A stretch of DNA of 64,000 nucleotides from Macrostomum hystrix. Taxonomy: Eukaryota > Animalia > Platyhelminthes. Below are positions 25,801-37,074 of the stretch, piece after piece. The notes below the pieces were generated by a model. That model saw only the letters and a list, made by a program, of their open reading frames with translations. It made no database searches and was not told the origin of the DNA. The stretch spans positions 1,736,001-1,800,000 of the forward strand of contig CATNEN010000015.1 of the NCBI GenBank assembly GCA_950097015.1, given 5' to 3'. The translations under genes were made by a program, and so were the position numbers. Position 1 is the first letter of the stretch. Each line of letters opens with the position of its first letter.

Positions 25801-28662
25801 AAAAGAGACTAATCAGAGAAGCAGACTCCTCTCCCTCGCCTGGCTGCATCGGCAAGGACTCCCCATCGGCAAGGACGGCCGGCAAGAAGCGTTTTGAGAG
25901 GTGGTGCGATACATCTGTCATTTAGAGGTCGCATTTTATTGAAGCATCAGAACAATCAACCTACCGCGCGATCACCATGAACTAAATCTTTTCACACTGC
26001 TCATCTAGTTCAAACTCGTTGGAACTAAGTTCGGACACGGGCGGCTTGTTGAGTGTTGAATTGATAGATCGTAGTTTCTTAAAATAGCAACAGCCTTTTC
26101 CACACCCAAACACCTAAGACCATCCACTCACACCCTCAACCCAGGCTCCTCTCTGACCTCGATGTACATCTGTTTATTCTAGCCATTCCACTCACACCCT
26201 CAACCCGCGCTCCTCTCTGCCCTCGATGTACATCTGTTTATTCTAGCCATTCCACTCACACCCTCAACCCGCGCTCCTCTCTGCCCTCGATGTACATCTG
26301 TTTATTCTAGCTATTCCACTCACACCCTCAACCCGCGCTCCTCTCTGCCCTCGATGTACATCTGTTTATTCTAGCCATTCCACTCACACCCTCAACCCAG
26401 GCTCCTCTCTGCCCTCGATGTACATCTGTTTCTTTTAGCCCATATCCAGTTAAGTCCTCAGCCCGGGCTCCATGAACCCGGACACATGCAGATCCATCAA
26501 TACCCCACACCCCTCATTAATGTCAGTGTCCAGTGTATTACACAGTGCCAATAGATGGCTATGTAGTTACTAAATACGCAAAGCAGGCTTGACAAACTCA
26601 CAGTTTTGGTCCGACAGCCCCCGAGGCCTGGCTGATCTTTTTTCCCTGCTGCCACACCTGATCTCGCACTTCGCTAATGTCTTTCTTGCACCGCTCGATT
26701 TCCACCAACTTGAGCGACTCAGCTGGAAGAAATATTTATCAACTGATAATAAAGACTGATAAAATGTTATGTCCACAAAATCTCACTCTCGGTCTCAACT
26801 CACTTTCCAAACGCTTCTCGATCATGTTGAGTCGTTTGTCAAGCTCGGTGCGAAACTCGTCCATTCGAAAGGCTCTGAAGAAAAGTTTTATAGATTGTTA
26901 CTATTAAATAGTTTTTACCTGTCAGCAGCTCCCAGGTAAAATAATACTGGGTTTACTTGTTAAACTGGTCGCCAACTTTGCTGAGGATGAGGCTGAGGGC
27001 TTGAACCTCAGTTTCAGCAGTCTCAGCCGCTTTGGTGACGTTTACTCGGTAAGCCGAGCTGCAAAGGTGACAGGCAATATTTGGTTGCACAATCGGAGAA
27101 CGAAGAAATCGCATTGGTAGAATTATCCCATTCTTGGCTCACTCGGACGAATTCTGCGGCATTCCCGGCACAATGGGCACGTGACCTCCTTCGGCTGTTT
27201 TCAATGTGATCTGCGAACTGCGCCTCACCTGCGCCACCTGGCAGATCAGGTCGTGAATGTCCTGCGATGAGCAGTGCGGACTGAACACGATCTGAGGGAG
27301 TGCGGTAGGCTGATGTCTAACAGCTCGGCTGATGTCTAACAGCTCGGCTGTGTCTAACAGCTCGGCTGTGACTAACAGCATGGCTATGTCTAACAGCTCG
27401 GTTGATTTCTAACAGCTTGGTTGATTTCTAATAGCTTAGTTGATTTCTAACAGCTCTAACAGCTTGGTTGATTTCTAATAGCTTAGTTGATTTCTAACAG
27501 CTCTAACAGCTTGGCTGTGTCTAACAGCTTGGTTGATGTCTAACATCTCGGCTGTGTCTAACAGTTTGGCTGTGTCTAACAGCTTGGCTGTGTCTAACAG
27601 CTCGGCTGTGTCTAACAGCTTGGCTGTGTCTAACAGCTTGGCTGTGTCTAACAGCTTGGCTGTGTCTAACAGCATGGCCATGTCTAACAGCTTGGTTGAT
27701 TTCTAACAGCTTGGCTGTGTCTAACAGCTTGGCTGTGTCTAACAGCATGGCCATGTCTAACAGCTTGGTTGATTTCTAACAGCTTGGTTGATTTCTAATA
27801 GCTTGGGTGATTTCTAACAGCTTGGCTGTGTCTAACAGCATGGCTATGTCTAACAGCTCGGCTGTGTCTAACAGCTTGGCTATGTCTAACAGCTCGGCTG
27901 TGTCTAACAGCTTGGCTGTGTCTAACAGCTTGGCTGTGTCTAACAGCTTGGCTGTGTCTAACAGCTTGGCTGTGTCTAACAGCTTGGCTGTGTCTAACAG
28001 CTTGGCTGTGTCTAACAGCATGGCTATGTCTAACAGCTCGGCTGTGTCTAACAGCTTGGCTATGTCTAACAGCTCGGCTGTGTCTAACAGCATGGCCATG
28101 TCTAACAGCTTGGTTGATTTCTAACAGCTTGGTTGATTTCTAACAGCTTGGTTGATTTCTAACAGCTCGGCTGTGTCTAACAGCTTGGCTATGTCTAACA
28201 GCTCGGCTGTGTCTAACAGCTTGGCTGTGTCTAACAGCTTGGCTGTGTCTAACAGCTTGGCTGTGTCTAACAGCTTGGCTGTGTCTAACAGCTTGGCTGT
28301 GTCTAACAGCTTGTATTTACAGTTTCTAACAGTTTGCTTTCAGTGTGAAACGGACTGCCTAATTACACAGCTAGGCATAAGAAATCTGAATGTACCAAAT
28401 CGAAAATCGTATAAAGTTTTAATAAAGCACTGCTGAAAAGATCAGGTAATAAAATGATTATTTTCGGATTAATTTGCACCTGTTCAATAGTCAAGTCTTC
28501 TTTTACTAGCTTCCAATTAATGGCTTTTTATCAGGAATGTCCCACACTGAGTATTCTAACATAATCATTTCAGTGTTTCGATGTTCTATAAATTCTCACC
28601 GACTCGGTCTTGCCGTTGACGCTCAGAAATATCGATCTAGATGTTGCGACTCCGTTGCCCAT
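16884..28662 (-). CDS. PDE9A: High-affinity cGMP-specific phosphodiesterase 9, complete, 14 exons (~527-546 aa depending on 3' exon choice)
   Basis: Exons (minus strand): 28662-28600, 27291-27143, 27058-26957, 26874-26804, 26722-26602, 22958-22862, 22785-22711, 22619-22533, 21947-21603, 20258-20142, 19469-19365, 19282-19154, then 18719-18621 (or read-through to the stop at 18540) or 18084-18010, then 16931-16884. All phases are compatible. Motifs [41 protein letters not shown] and FMDR, and the N-terminal regions ([23 protein letters not shown]), closely match recalled PDE9A sequence. Confidence 0.95.
17303..17832. repeat. 21-bp minisatellite (GTCTAACAGGTGAGAAACCAT) in the last PDE9 intron
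   Basis: Direct tandem repeat, degenerate at its right end. Confidence 0.95.
18125..18375. repeat. 24-bp minisatellite (TTCTAGCTACGATTCCTGCTGCGA), short array
   Basis: Same unit as 20325-21517; lies between the two duplicated PDE9 exons. Confidence 0.9.
19532..20122. repeat. 35-bp minisatellite (GGGTTCTTTGATGTGCCGCCAACCCCAAGTCACTC), ~17 near-identical copies
   Basis: Head-to-tail with no spacers; fills a PDE9 intron. Confidence 0.97.
20325..21517. repeat. 24-bp minisatellite (TTCT[A/G]GCTACGATTCCTGCTGCGA), ~50 copies
   Basis: Direct tandem repeat in a PDE9 intron; source of the [11 protein letters not shown]. Confidence 0.97.
23045..25205. repeat. 28-bp minisatellite (TTCTAGCTTCGATTCCTTCTGTGA+TTGG/TTGA/GTGA), ~77 copies
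   Basis: Direct tandem repeat in PDE9 intron 5; related to the 24-bp family. Confidence 0.97.
26122..26440. repeat. 64-bp tandem repeat, ~5 copies
   Basis: CACTCACACCCTCAACC recurs at 26125, 26189 and onward. Confidence 0.9.
27310..28312. repeat. 18-bp minisatellite (GTCTAACAGCTTGGCTGT) filling PDE9 intron 1
   Basis: Direct tandem repeat with GAT/TAT/CAT variants; source of the LLDTAK ORFs. Confidence 0.95.
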
Positions 28663-29280
28663 GACAACCAATTAGAAAAGATGCAGAAAATTTTAGGTCT
28701 ACAAAAGAAACTCAGGCGAGACAGAAGACAGAGAGACAAAGCACGAATGTATGGGAGATTCGGCCTTTTTATTCCCATCGTTTTATGCGAGTGTAGATTA
28801 ACGAGAATTCCCAGGGGGGGTTGATGAAAAAGGCCACGAACAGAGCACGAGACAGCCGGACACGGGACTGCGTCGAACCTGATTGGTCATCCGCGGACTG
28901 CAATAATGACGGCGAGAAAAAGAAAAAAAGCGGGTATCTGATTAGCACGAAGGATAATCTTCCCTTTCCTAAAGACGGGGAACCTTATCTGGCCATGTAT
29001 TTCGTGTTTATGTCAGTGGCCGTGTTCGACCTCCGCGCTCCGAGTCTCCTTCAGAACACTGTGCCAGAATTAGTACACTTTGAGAACATGGACTCAAACG
29101 AACTAATCGAATTTAAGTCTAGCGAAAGTGTGTCTCGCTAGACTATTCAAACTCAAGTACTCGTACTAATTGGGTGGCACTCAAAGATAGGGAACAGGTT
29201 ACGTATATTGTCATAAAATTAGATTTCGACATTAGGAATTGAGAATAAAAAATCTAGGAATTTTTTTATGTTGCCATGCT

Positions 29281-29368
29281 CGGATCTGTCATATTGGGAT
29301 CTGTCATATTGGGATCTGTCATATTGGGATCTTTCATATTGGGATCTGTCATATTGGGATCTGTCATC
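29281..29368. repeat. 15-bp tandem repeat (TTGGGATCTGTCATA), ~6 copies
   Basis: Direct reading. Confidence 0.9.
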
Positions 29369-29552
29369 ATTGCCATAGATTTTTGAGCTTGTGTAACACT
29401 ACCCCTGACCTTCGCGCACGTTTCTTGCTGCAGCTCCTAAATAGAAAAAGATATGAACATGATTTTAACATTGTTTTCTTTGTGACAAAATTTCTTTTCT
29501 TTTGACATAATGGGCGTGAAATTTCATGGCTCCGTTGAAGAGCTACGTTGGA

Positions 29553-29583
29553 CATTCCGGGAACTTTTGGGACACCCCTCGTA
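29553..29583. mobile_element. Possible isolated Tc1/mariner-type terminal inverted repeat
   Basis: ACTTTTGGGACACCCCTCGTA (reverse complement TACGAGGGGTGTCCCAAAAGT) resembles mariner termini ending at TA. No partner TIR was found in the window. Confidence 0.3.
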
Positions 29584-29950
29584 TCTACAAGTACGAGGTA
29601 TGCAATTAGTGCATGCTGTTATTGTGACTCTGATGCCAAGTGACCAACATTTTCACTCCTTGGTTGAAACTTTTCATGCCTGAAAATTTAAAGAGCGTAG
29701 GAAAAACGGCGTGTTAAAAGTGTGCTGATTTCAATCTTTCATCATTTGCTTTTCAGATCGCTTGACTAAAGTTGGACTCTGTCACTTGCAGCCCTGGAAG
29801 ATTGCTGCCCTCCTGTTGTTGCTGGTCACCCACAGCTGCTGCTGCTCGCACAGCTTATATAAACTGGTCTGCAGTGAGTCCTGTTTCATCGAACTGACCA
29901 TCACAGCTACCATATTGAGTACACCATCTTGCACTGTTAGACCGAAGAGC

Positions 29951-30674
29951 ATGATGCTGCTGCTGCCTTCTCTGCTGCTGCCCGCACTGCTGCTCATGAG
30001 TTGCAACAGCGTCACAGGTGAGTCTGTCGTGTTCCATTCCTCCACTCATTAGCAAAGGCTGCGGCATTCACCATTGCAGGCAATCGGTGGGCGGCCACCT
30101 TGACCCCGGAAGCGAATACTGATTGGGGAGACTGGGGCAAGTGGGCCAGCTGTCCTGATGGAACCTTTGTCAGCAGGTGAGAATTGTGAATCAGCTGCAT
30201 CACTCACAAGCAGTCATCACCAACATCAGTCACCGGTCACACACGTTGCCTTGCAGGTTCCAGCTGAAAGTGGAGCACAGGCAGTGCGAAGGTGACGACA
30301 CTGCCCTGAACGCTGTGAGGATGTTCTGCTCAAGCGACGGTAGCTGGGGAAGACACTCGCTGCAAAGTGCCTCTGGCGGCTGGGGCGTCTGGCGCGACTT
30401 CTCGCACTGCAACAGGTTCTACTCGGGCATCCAGTTCCGCTCGGAGCCGCCTCAGAGCAATGGTGACGACACGGCTGGCAACAATGTCCGCCTACTGTGC
30501 GACGGCAACTGGCAGAATGGTGGCGGCATGTACTGGGGCAGCTGGACCGATGCCCAGTTCTGTCCTGACAACAGCTTCATCTGCGCACTGCGCACCAAGG
30601 TGGAGCACCCGCAGGGCGCGGGTGACGACACGGCCCTCAATGCCATTGAAGTCCAGTGCTGCTACGGCGACTGA
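29951..30674 (+). CDS. VMO1: Vitelline membrane outer layer protein 1-like (beta-prism I), secreted, 3 exons, 193 aa
   Basis: Exons 29951-30017 (signal peptide), 30080-30176 and 30257-30674, joined in phases 1 and 2. Three-fold repeats of WGxW and GDDTA(L/G)N, with conserved Cys. Confidence 0.92.
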
Positions 30675-31293
30675 CCTGCCTGGTGTGCTGAACATTGTTT
30701 GTCTTCTGCCAGTCAATACAGTCTCTCTGAAAATGTGTGCTCATTCCATCCCTTAGATATCTGCTGCTAGCCCCATATGACTTATCAAGCGATTCTTACG
30801 ATATCTTCAATATTTATCAGCTTGTTATTTTGCAATTTTAAATTCATCTAAACTGCAAAACCTTCCATCCAATCAAAATATAATCTTCACTAAGAGCTCG
30901 TACAGCAGTTTTTACCGCAGACTGACTAGCTGTGTCACGCTCCTGTAGGTTAATAAAAAATCTTTTTGCCGACACATTCTCGTGCGATCTGTGACGTCAC
31001 AAATATTCTATTTTTAGCTGTGAGCGCGAATTCGGATCGCGGCACAAGCACCTCTAGATTTTATTCGAGACGCTGCTCACGCAAATGTGACTTAGTGCAT
31101 TGAAGATCCGAGTAAATGAAAATACAATTCCGGTTAGATTACAGATCATCGATCTGAGGTCTTTGATTACTGATCGGGAGATCTATAGCTAGCAAGTTGA
31201 GGAAGAACTCAGTCAAATAGAACATGAGATCACAGTCCAGATGCGACTGTATTGACTGGAAGAAGTAAAACGATGCTCAAAATATCAGGCAGC

Positions 31294-31554
31294 TCAGTCG
31301 CCGTAGCAGCCCTGCACCTCGATGGCATTGGGGGCCACGACACGGCCCAGGACAGCTGGCCCACTTGCCCCAGTCTCCCCAATCAGTATTCGCTTCCGCG
31401 GTCAAGGTGGCCGCCCACCGATTGCCTGCAATGGTGAATGCCGCAGGCTTTGCTAATGAGTGGAGGAATGGAACACGACAGACTCACCTATGGCGCTGTT
31501 GCAACTCATGAGCAGCAGTGCGGGCAGCAGCAGAGAAGGCAGCAGCAGCATCAT
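31294..31554 (-). pseudogene. VMO1: Inverted, internally deleted VMO1 copy
   Basis: Reverse complement of 31345-31690 matches 29830-30160 almost perfectly (upstream region, exon 1, intron 1, exon 2 to SCP). It then jumps to a diverged 3' end (NAIEVQGCYGD*) out of frame. About 480 bp are missing. Confidence 0.88.
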
Positions 31555-31999
31555 GCTCTTCGGTCTAACAGTGCAAGATGGTGTACTCAATATGGTAGCT
31601 GTGATTGTCAGTTAGATGAAACAGGACTCACTGCAGACCAGTTTAGATAAGCTGTGCGAGCAGCAGCTGTGAGCACTCAGCTCATTGGCGTTGAGGCTCA
31701 GATGCACAGTATTGATTTCCATTTATAAAACGTGATTTTTTCATGCACACAAATAATGCAACCTTGAGTGAAAATCGTGCTACAATGGTTAAGTAATGGC
31801 ATGTAAGTTTCGCATATAAATTGGGTGCCCAGCATTGAAATGAATGCTTTAGTCTTGGAAAGTTTAATTATCTGATGAAGTATGAATATGAAGTAAGCAG
31901 TAATTAATGAAAGATCATCCTGTTTTTTGCGATCAACTTTTTTTGCATCACATGAAAATTGAAACCGAAATTTCATTTGTTGAAGCTTGACTTAAAATA

Positions 32000-32937
32000 T
32001 GTAGTGAGCCACTGCTTAGGGGCCTATTGGTGTCTCACTAGCTGTCAGTAGCCCCACCTGCAAGGTAGCTTAGGTGCCCCCTTTTTGCTAGCATTGAGTG
32101 GCTGCGGGCCCGCCCTCTCTGGCGTTGTCTGGTCTGTCCCTCTCTGCCCTTCCCTTCCCGGCGGCGCCTGCACTTAGAGTGTGTTGTCTCTTCCCCCCAG
32201 GGATGAGTCATCACCTCTTTGTCCCGCGCTGGCTTTGTTGTCCCTTGTCCTTTTCTTTGTGTGTGGTTGTCTGCACTCAGTCAGCACGTGATTCTCCTCA
32301 TGTGACTGGCCTCTCTCTTTGTCTTTTAAAGTGCAAGTAAACATGTTTACTGCACTTGGGGCTTTGATTATGGGACAGGAACCTACGTAGGAGTGACATT
32401 TCTGGCGCCACTGACGTCAGTTGCTATTTTTAGAAACCACGTGATTCCATCACGTGTTTTCTAACTCTGCACTGACCCTATGGGAGGCCCCTGCCTATAA
32501 AAGAAAGGCCCCGCTCCTCTGGCTCTTTAGAAGTCGATTGTAGAAGCGTCGTTCTAGTTCTGGTTCTTCTCTGATAGCGATACTCTGACTTCGTTATAGT
32601 CACTGTGCCATCAGTGTCTAAGTTTCCTACTTCAGTCTCTGCATGTGACTGCTCGTAAGCTCAGTTCTGGCTAAGTCCCGAAACTAACTTAGCCTTCCAC
32701 CCCACCATCCGAGCTACGCAGGACACTGACAGCCTGTAATTGCAACTGAAACTCTGCACTGTGTGCTTCTCGAGACTTCGTGACTTCTTCTTTTTCGGGC
32801 CAAGGATCCTTCACCTCACCGAAGGCAGAAGTCCTGACGCCCTGGTGGCAGCGCTACTACTACACTACCTAGAAATCTTGGACTTCATATTGGAGTTCGC
32901 CGGATCCCGCATTGTTAGCAGGACGACCGGTAAAACA
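32000..32937 (+). mobile_element. Solo LTR (938 bp), Ty3/Gypsy-like
   Basis: Starts TGTAGT and ends AAAACA, flanked by a 4-bp target-site duplication AATA (31996-31999 and 32938-32941). Internal TGACGTCA (32412), CACGTG boxes and TATAAAA (32496) give the orientation. Confidence 0.75.
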
Positions 32938-33559
32938 AATACACAAATTTAAAATTTACACAATACATAAATCATGACTGGCAAGCATGTGTTCTGTGCA
33001 GCATTCGGCTTTTTTGCTATAGAATAGGTTCGGTCAGAGTGTCTGGGTTCTCGGGAAATTTATGAAGCGAAATGTATTTTGCTTTAATCTACGAGTCAGA
33101 GCCCGATTTGACTCAAAAGACAGCGCACTTGTAAAGCCTTTTTTAAATTTTCATGCAAAAATATGAAACCTACATTTCTAGAGCAAGGCGATAAAGCTAA
33201 TGAATGTCAATTGTTGTCTTTGCTCTAACTTACGAAGGAAATGAAGGTGAGGTTGCAGAGTCCAGCTTGACTAACTGAAGGTATAGCAGTGTATGTTTTA
33301 TGAGCATACATAAAACATGCACATTTGTCCGTTTATGCTTCCATTCCTTTCGAGTGGGGTGGCGCTCTTAGTCCGATCCTTTGTAACCTTGTCATGGACG
33401 AGCTGCTCTGCAGCCCTGACCCGGACCCGGTCCGTCCAAAAAATGACTAGAAAAATGTCATTTTCCAGAAAATGTCCAGAAAATGCTATGCAGACGATCT
33501 CAACGCCACAGTGGCCAGACCGTCTCCCCCGGTCCTTAGAGATCCTTAGGAGGACCGCG

Positions 33560-34603
33560 CGTGGACGCCGGCATCACGGGATCCCCTTGCGCGACACCGC
33601 AGCTTTAGTTGCCTGTGGTCGCCAGGGGCTAGCGGAATGGGCGGCAACGCCTCCCCGCTGCATCCGGCGCTGCAGCGCTGCTCCTGGAGGAGGATGTCGG
33701 ATGTCGAAGCATCTGTCGGATGCTGGATGTGGAGGGTCTTGCTCCGAGAAACCGAACCAAAACCAGTGCGCCGTCTCGCTCAGTCTCCGGAAGCCACTGT
33801 CGAGCCAGGTAGCCCGCTCGAGCAAGCACCGATGTCTTGCCGCACCCGGAGCAACCGCGAATCACAAGAGGGCGTCACGATGACACCATGATATAGTCTT
33901 GAACAGTGGCCATCGTGTCCTCGCGACCCTGGAACTGGCTCACGTAGTTCACACATTGGTGGGAGTGCTGAAGCACCTCTGTGTACAGGCTGTTGGACTC
34001 GAGAGCTGACACATCTCTCACTGCTCGCTCAATTAGACGATGCAAGTGCTTCTCGAAGTCGCTGGCAAGCGACTCGTATGATGGATTGGAGTCAACCAGA
34101 GACTGCCACGTCAGTCGGTACTTAACCAAGTTATCAGCCGGTAACACACGAGGCAGTCCGTGTCTCTTGAGCTGCTCCAGCTTCTCAAACACAGCCTCAT
34201 CAAGGCCACCGCTGGCGCTCGTCTCGGCGAACCTGGCGCTCGAAACGTTGCTGTCACGCTCCCTCAGGTCGCTGATCTCACGACGAAGCAGCAGCGCCTC
34301 TCGACGTCGCTCTTGTCTGCAATTCACGATTCCGTGGACAATTCCAGGTGCGTGACTGACGCTGTGAACTCCAGAGCAATCCCGTCTGTCAGCTCGCCTG
34401 CTTCCAACGCGGCAGTCGCAGCGGATTCTGCCGCTTCCAACAGCTGCGAATCCTCGTCCGTGCTGGCAGCAAACTGCAGAGTGAACTCAGGTGGCAGCTG
34501 GTTCTCATCCAGTCGATAGAGCTTATGCAGGAGGTCTGCAGCAGCGTGCTTGCCCTGAGCCATCATGGCCCTCTCCAGTGCCACCAGGTCAGACTGCTGA
34601 ACT
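33560..34603 (-). pseudogene. NACHT-domain (NWD1/NWD2-like STAND NTPase) gene fragment, disabled
   Basis: Contains '[16 protein letters not shown]', 'SVTHLE(I)VHGI', '[12 protein letters not shown]' and the P-loop '[11 protein letters not shown]...VRFLG'. Lesions: a 1-nt frameshift at ~34340, an in-frame TGA at 33877-33875 and another frameshift near 33690. Confidence 0.8.
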
Positions 34604-35490
34604 CTGAATGGCAACTGACGACTTCCGTATCGGTGGCCCAGGATGCCCTGAAAGATTTTTTGTTTTGTTACGATTTTATTACATTGTCTTGCCAGTACAA
34701 ATTAGTAAACGCCTTGCAGCCAGGAAAAGCCTGCTATACGTTTATTATTGTTAAGGTTTTCTTCATGTTCTTACCATAAAAATGGGCCTACTGACATTCG
34801 CTGACAGTGCTGAAGTTCCGAATAACAGATTTCTGCATAACAGATGTCCTATTTATATGGATTGCTTTTTATGTGAGTGGATACTGGCGGGTTCTATATG
34901 ATGGATTTGCAGATTTTATACTGCAAAATATCCTGCTTCCAGTTGCTTTGGTGTGGTGTGACTTTCGCGACAGTCAACCATAAGCCAGCCAGGTGGCAAT
35001 ACTTAGTTCTACTGTAAGTATTGAATATCGACCTCACAAGAAGGTTCATCAATTTTGATTCGTTGCGCAGAGCATAAAAACTGTTGTCCTCGGCTTTTGA
35101 GTCTGAGGTGCTTTTTGATTTTTGACGGCAGCAATGCTTGCGCAGGCCTCACTAGCAACTATCTGCTGACAGCCCAAAGAGTCAGTCAAGCGTCGTACAT
35201 TGGCTGCTTTGGCTGCTTAGTTGACAACACTGCTTTCAAGCAGGAACTCAACGGAATGAGAAACGTGACCGAGCTTGGCAACATCTTCTCTGGCATCGGG
35301 GGCTACACGTCTGTTGGCATGACGCGGAGCCTCTGTGCCGATCTGTGCTCAATGGGCGGCTTCCACTACATGGGGCTGCAGTTCGGTCAGGAGTGCTTCG
35401 GCGGCCGGACCTACGGCTCGCAGGGAGCTGCCAGCGAGGACGACAGCAGCACGGCGATACGGCGCAGAATTGCCGCAATAATGATCGCAA

Positions 35491-36126
35491 CTCTGTGTTC
35501 GCACTCACCTATCCAGGTAAATCCTGCCTTCCTCTCACAGCTCTGTGTACGCACTCACCTATCCAGGTAAATCCTGCCTTCCTCTCACAGCCCTGTGTAC
35601 GCACTCACCTATCCAGGTAAATCCTGCCTTCCTCTCACAGCTCTGTGTACGCACTCACCTATCCAGGTAAATCCTGCCTTCCTCTCACAGCCCTGTGTAC
35701 GCACTCACCTATCCAGGTAAATCCTGCCTTCCTCTCACAGCTGTGTTCGCACTCACCTATCCAGGTAAATCCTGCCTTCCTCTCACAGCCCTGTGTACGC
35801 ACTCACCTATCCAGGTAAATCCTGCCTTCCTCTCACAGCCCTGTGTACGCACTCACCTATCCAGGTAAATCCTGCCTTCCTCTCACAGCCCTGTGTACGC
35901 ACTCACCTATCCAGGTAAATCCTGCCTTCGTCTCACAGCCCTGTGTACGCACTCACCTATCCAGGTAAATCCTGCCTTCCTCTCACAGCCCTGTGTACGC
36001 ACTCACCTATCCAGGTAAATCCTGCCTTCCTCTCACAGCCCTGTGTACGCACTCACCTATCCAGGTAAATCCTGTCTTCCTTTCACAGCCCTGTTTATGC
36101 ACTCACCTATCCAGGTAAATCCTGCC
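35491..36126 (+). repeat. 50-bp minisatellite made of the WSC exon end plus its 5' splice site, ~12.5 copies
   Basis: Unit = CCCTGTGTACGCACTCACCTATCCAG|GTAAATCCTGCCTTCCTCTCACAG. Confidence 0.97.
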
Positions 36127-36650
36127 GTTATCATTCTCTTATTGGAGCGACAGTAAAAGTTTGAATCTCAAAATAAAATCACAGGGCTTATTTATACGTA
36201 CAGTTTATTACTAGCTAGAATCCATTCTGTGCTTCCAATGTATGGGTTAGCTAGACTTACGCAATATATATAAAAATGGAAATATCGTTCAAATTAGTTA
36301 ACATAGGGATAAATACGCAAACACTTTTGAACAAATTCAAAAGTCATCATCAAAATTTGTTCATCAAAAGCTAATACTGAAACAGCCAAACTCACCTTGC
36401 AGGAAAATTAGCGAGAAATTCTTTACTGCTCTCCGTGGTATAAAGTACATCCAACTTATAAAATTAAAGAAAAAAACTGATTTTTTCATTGCGAGACACA
36501 TTCAAGGAGGCCGTCCGAATCAACATCTCGATGAGCAACTTCTCGTCGCAGTCGATTCACACAACCGTCAGCGCTGACTATGTCATCAACTGCTTGGAGC
36601 AGTGCGCAACCGGCTGTCAGGCTGTGATCTTCTCACAAAGGCAGCGTCGG

Positions 36651-37074
36651 AGAGCAGTCACCATGGCCCTCTCGGGACATGGCTGCTTCACCAGACACCG
36701 CTACCTCCAAGGCCACGCGCCTGAGGAAACGTGTCCCTTCTGTTGCTCCGGACGTGAAAGCGCCGAGCATTTCTGCCACTGCCCGGCCTTCACCCGGGCT
36801 AGGCTAAAACATCTCGGGCCGGTGCCGACCCTAGTCGAAGCCTGCTCGCCCGAGAGCATTCCACAGCTCGCCCACTTCCTCCGCAATACCGGCCGAGCTG
36901 ATTTCTTCCCAGCCTATGGCGAGGGAGATCACGCGGCGGAACCGACCGACGGACCACCCTGAGCGGCACCGCCTCGCTGGAGGCCGTCCGGCTGCCAGGG
37001 TTTAGCGATATGGGCGGCACCGGCCGCCTCCTCGCTGCGTCCGTCATGGAGGCTCCCTGCTGCTAAGTTAAGTC
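36651..37074 (+). mobile_element. 5'-truncated non-LTR retrotransposon (LINE) 3' end, 424 bp
   Basis: 13-bp TSD AAGGCAGCGTCGG (36638-36650 and 37075-37087). Encodes the C-terminal zinc-knuckle 'LSGHGCF...CPFC...ESAEHF.CHCPAF...R' typical of RNase H-bearing LINEs and ends in TAAG repeats. Confidence 0.9.

Noticed and set aside
25520-26090. GC-rich segment and acceptor/donor-like sites in PDE9 intron 5 as an extra exon
   Set aside because: Candidate frames I tested contain stops, and exon 5 joins exon 6 (22958) in phase without it.
28821-29141. 106-aa ORF upstream of PDE9
   Set aside because: No recognisable motif, splice context or codon bias.
33875-33877. In-frame TGA as selenocysteine or read-through in the NACHT fragment
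   Set aside because: The paralogue has CGA at this site and the fragment has frameshifts on both sides, so simple decay explains it.
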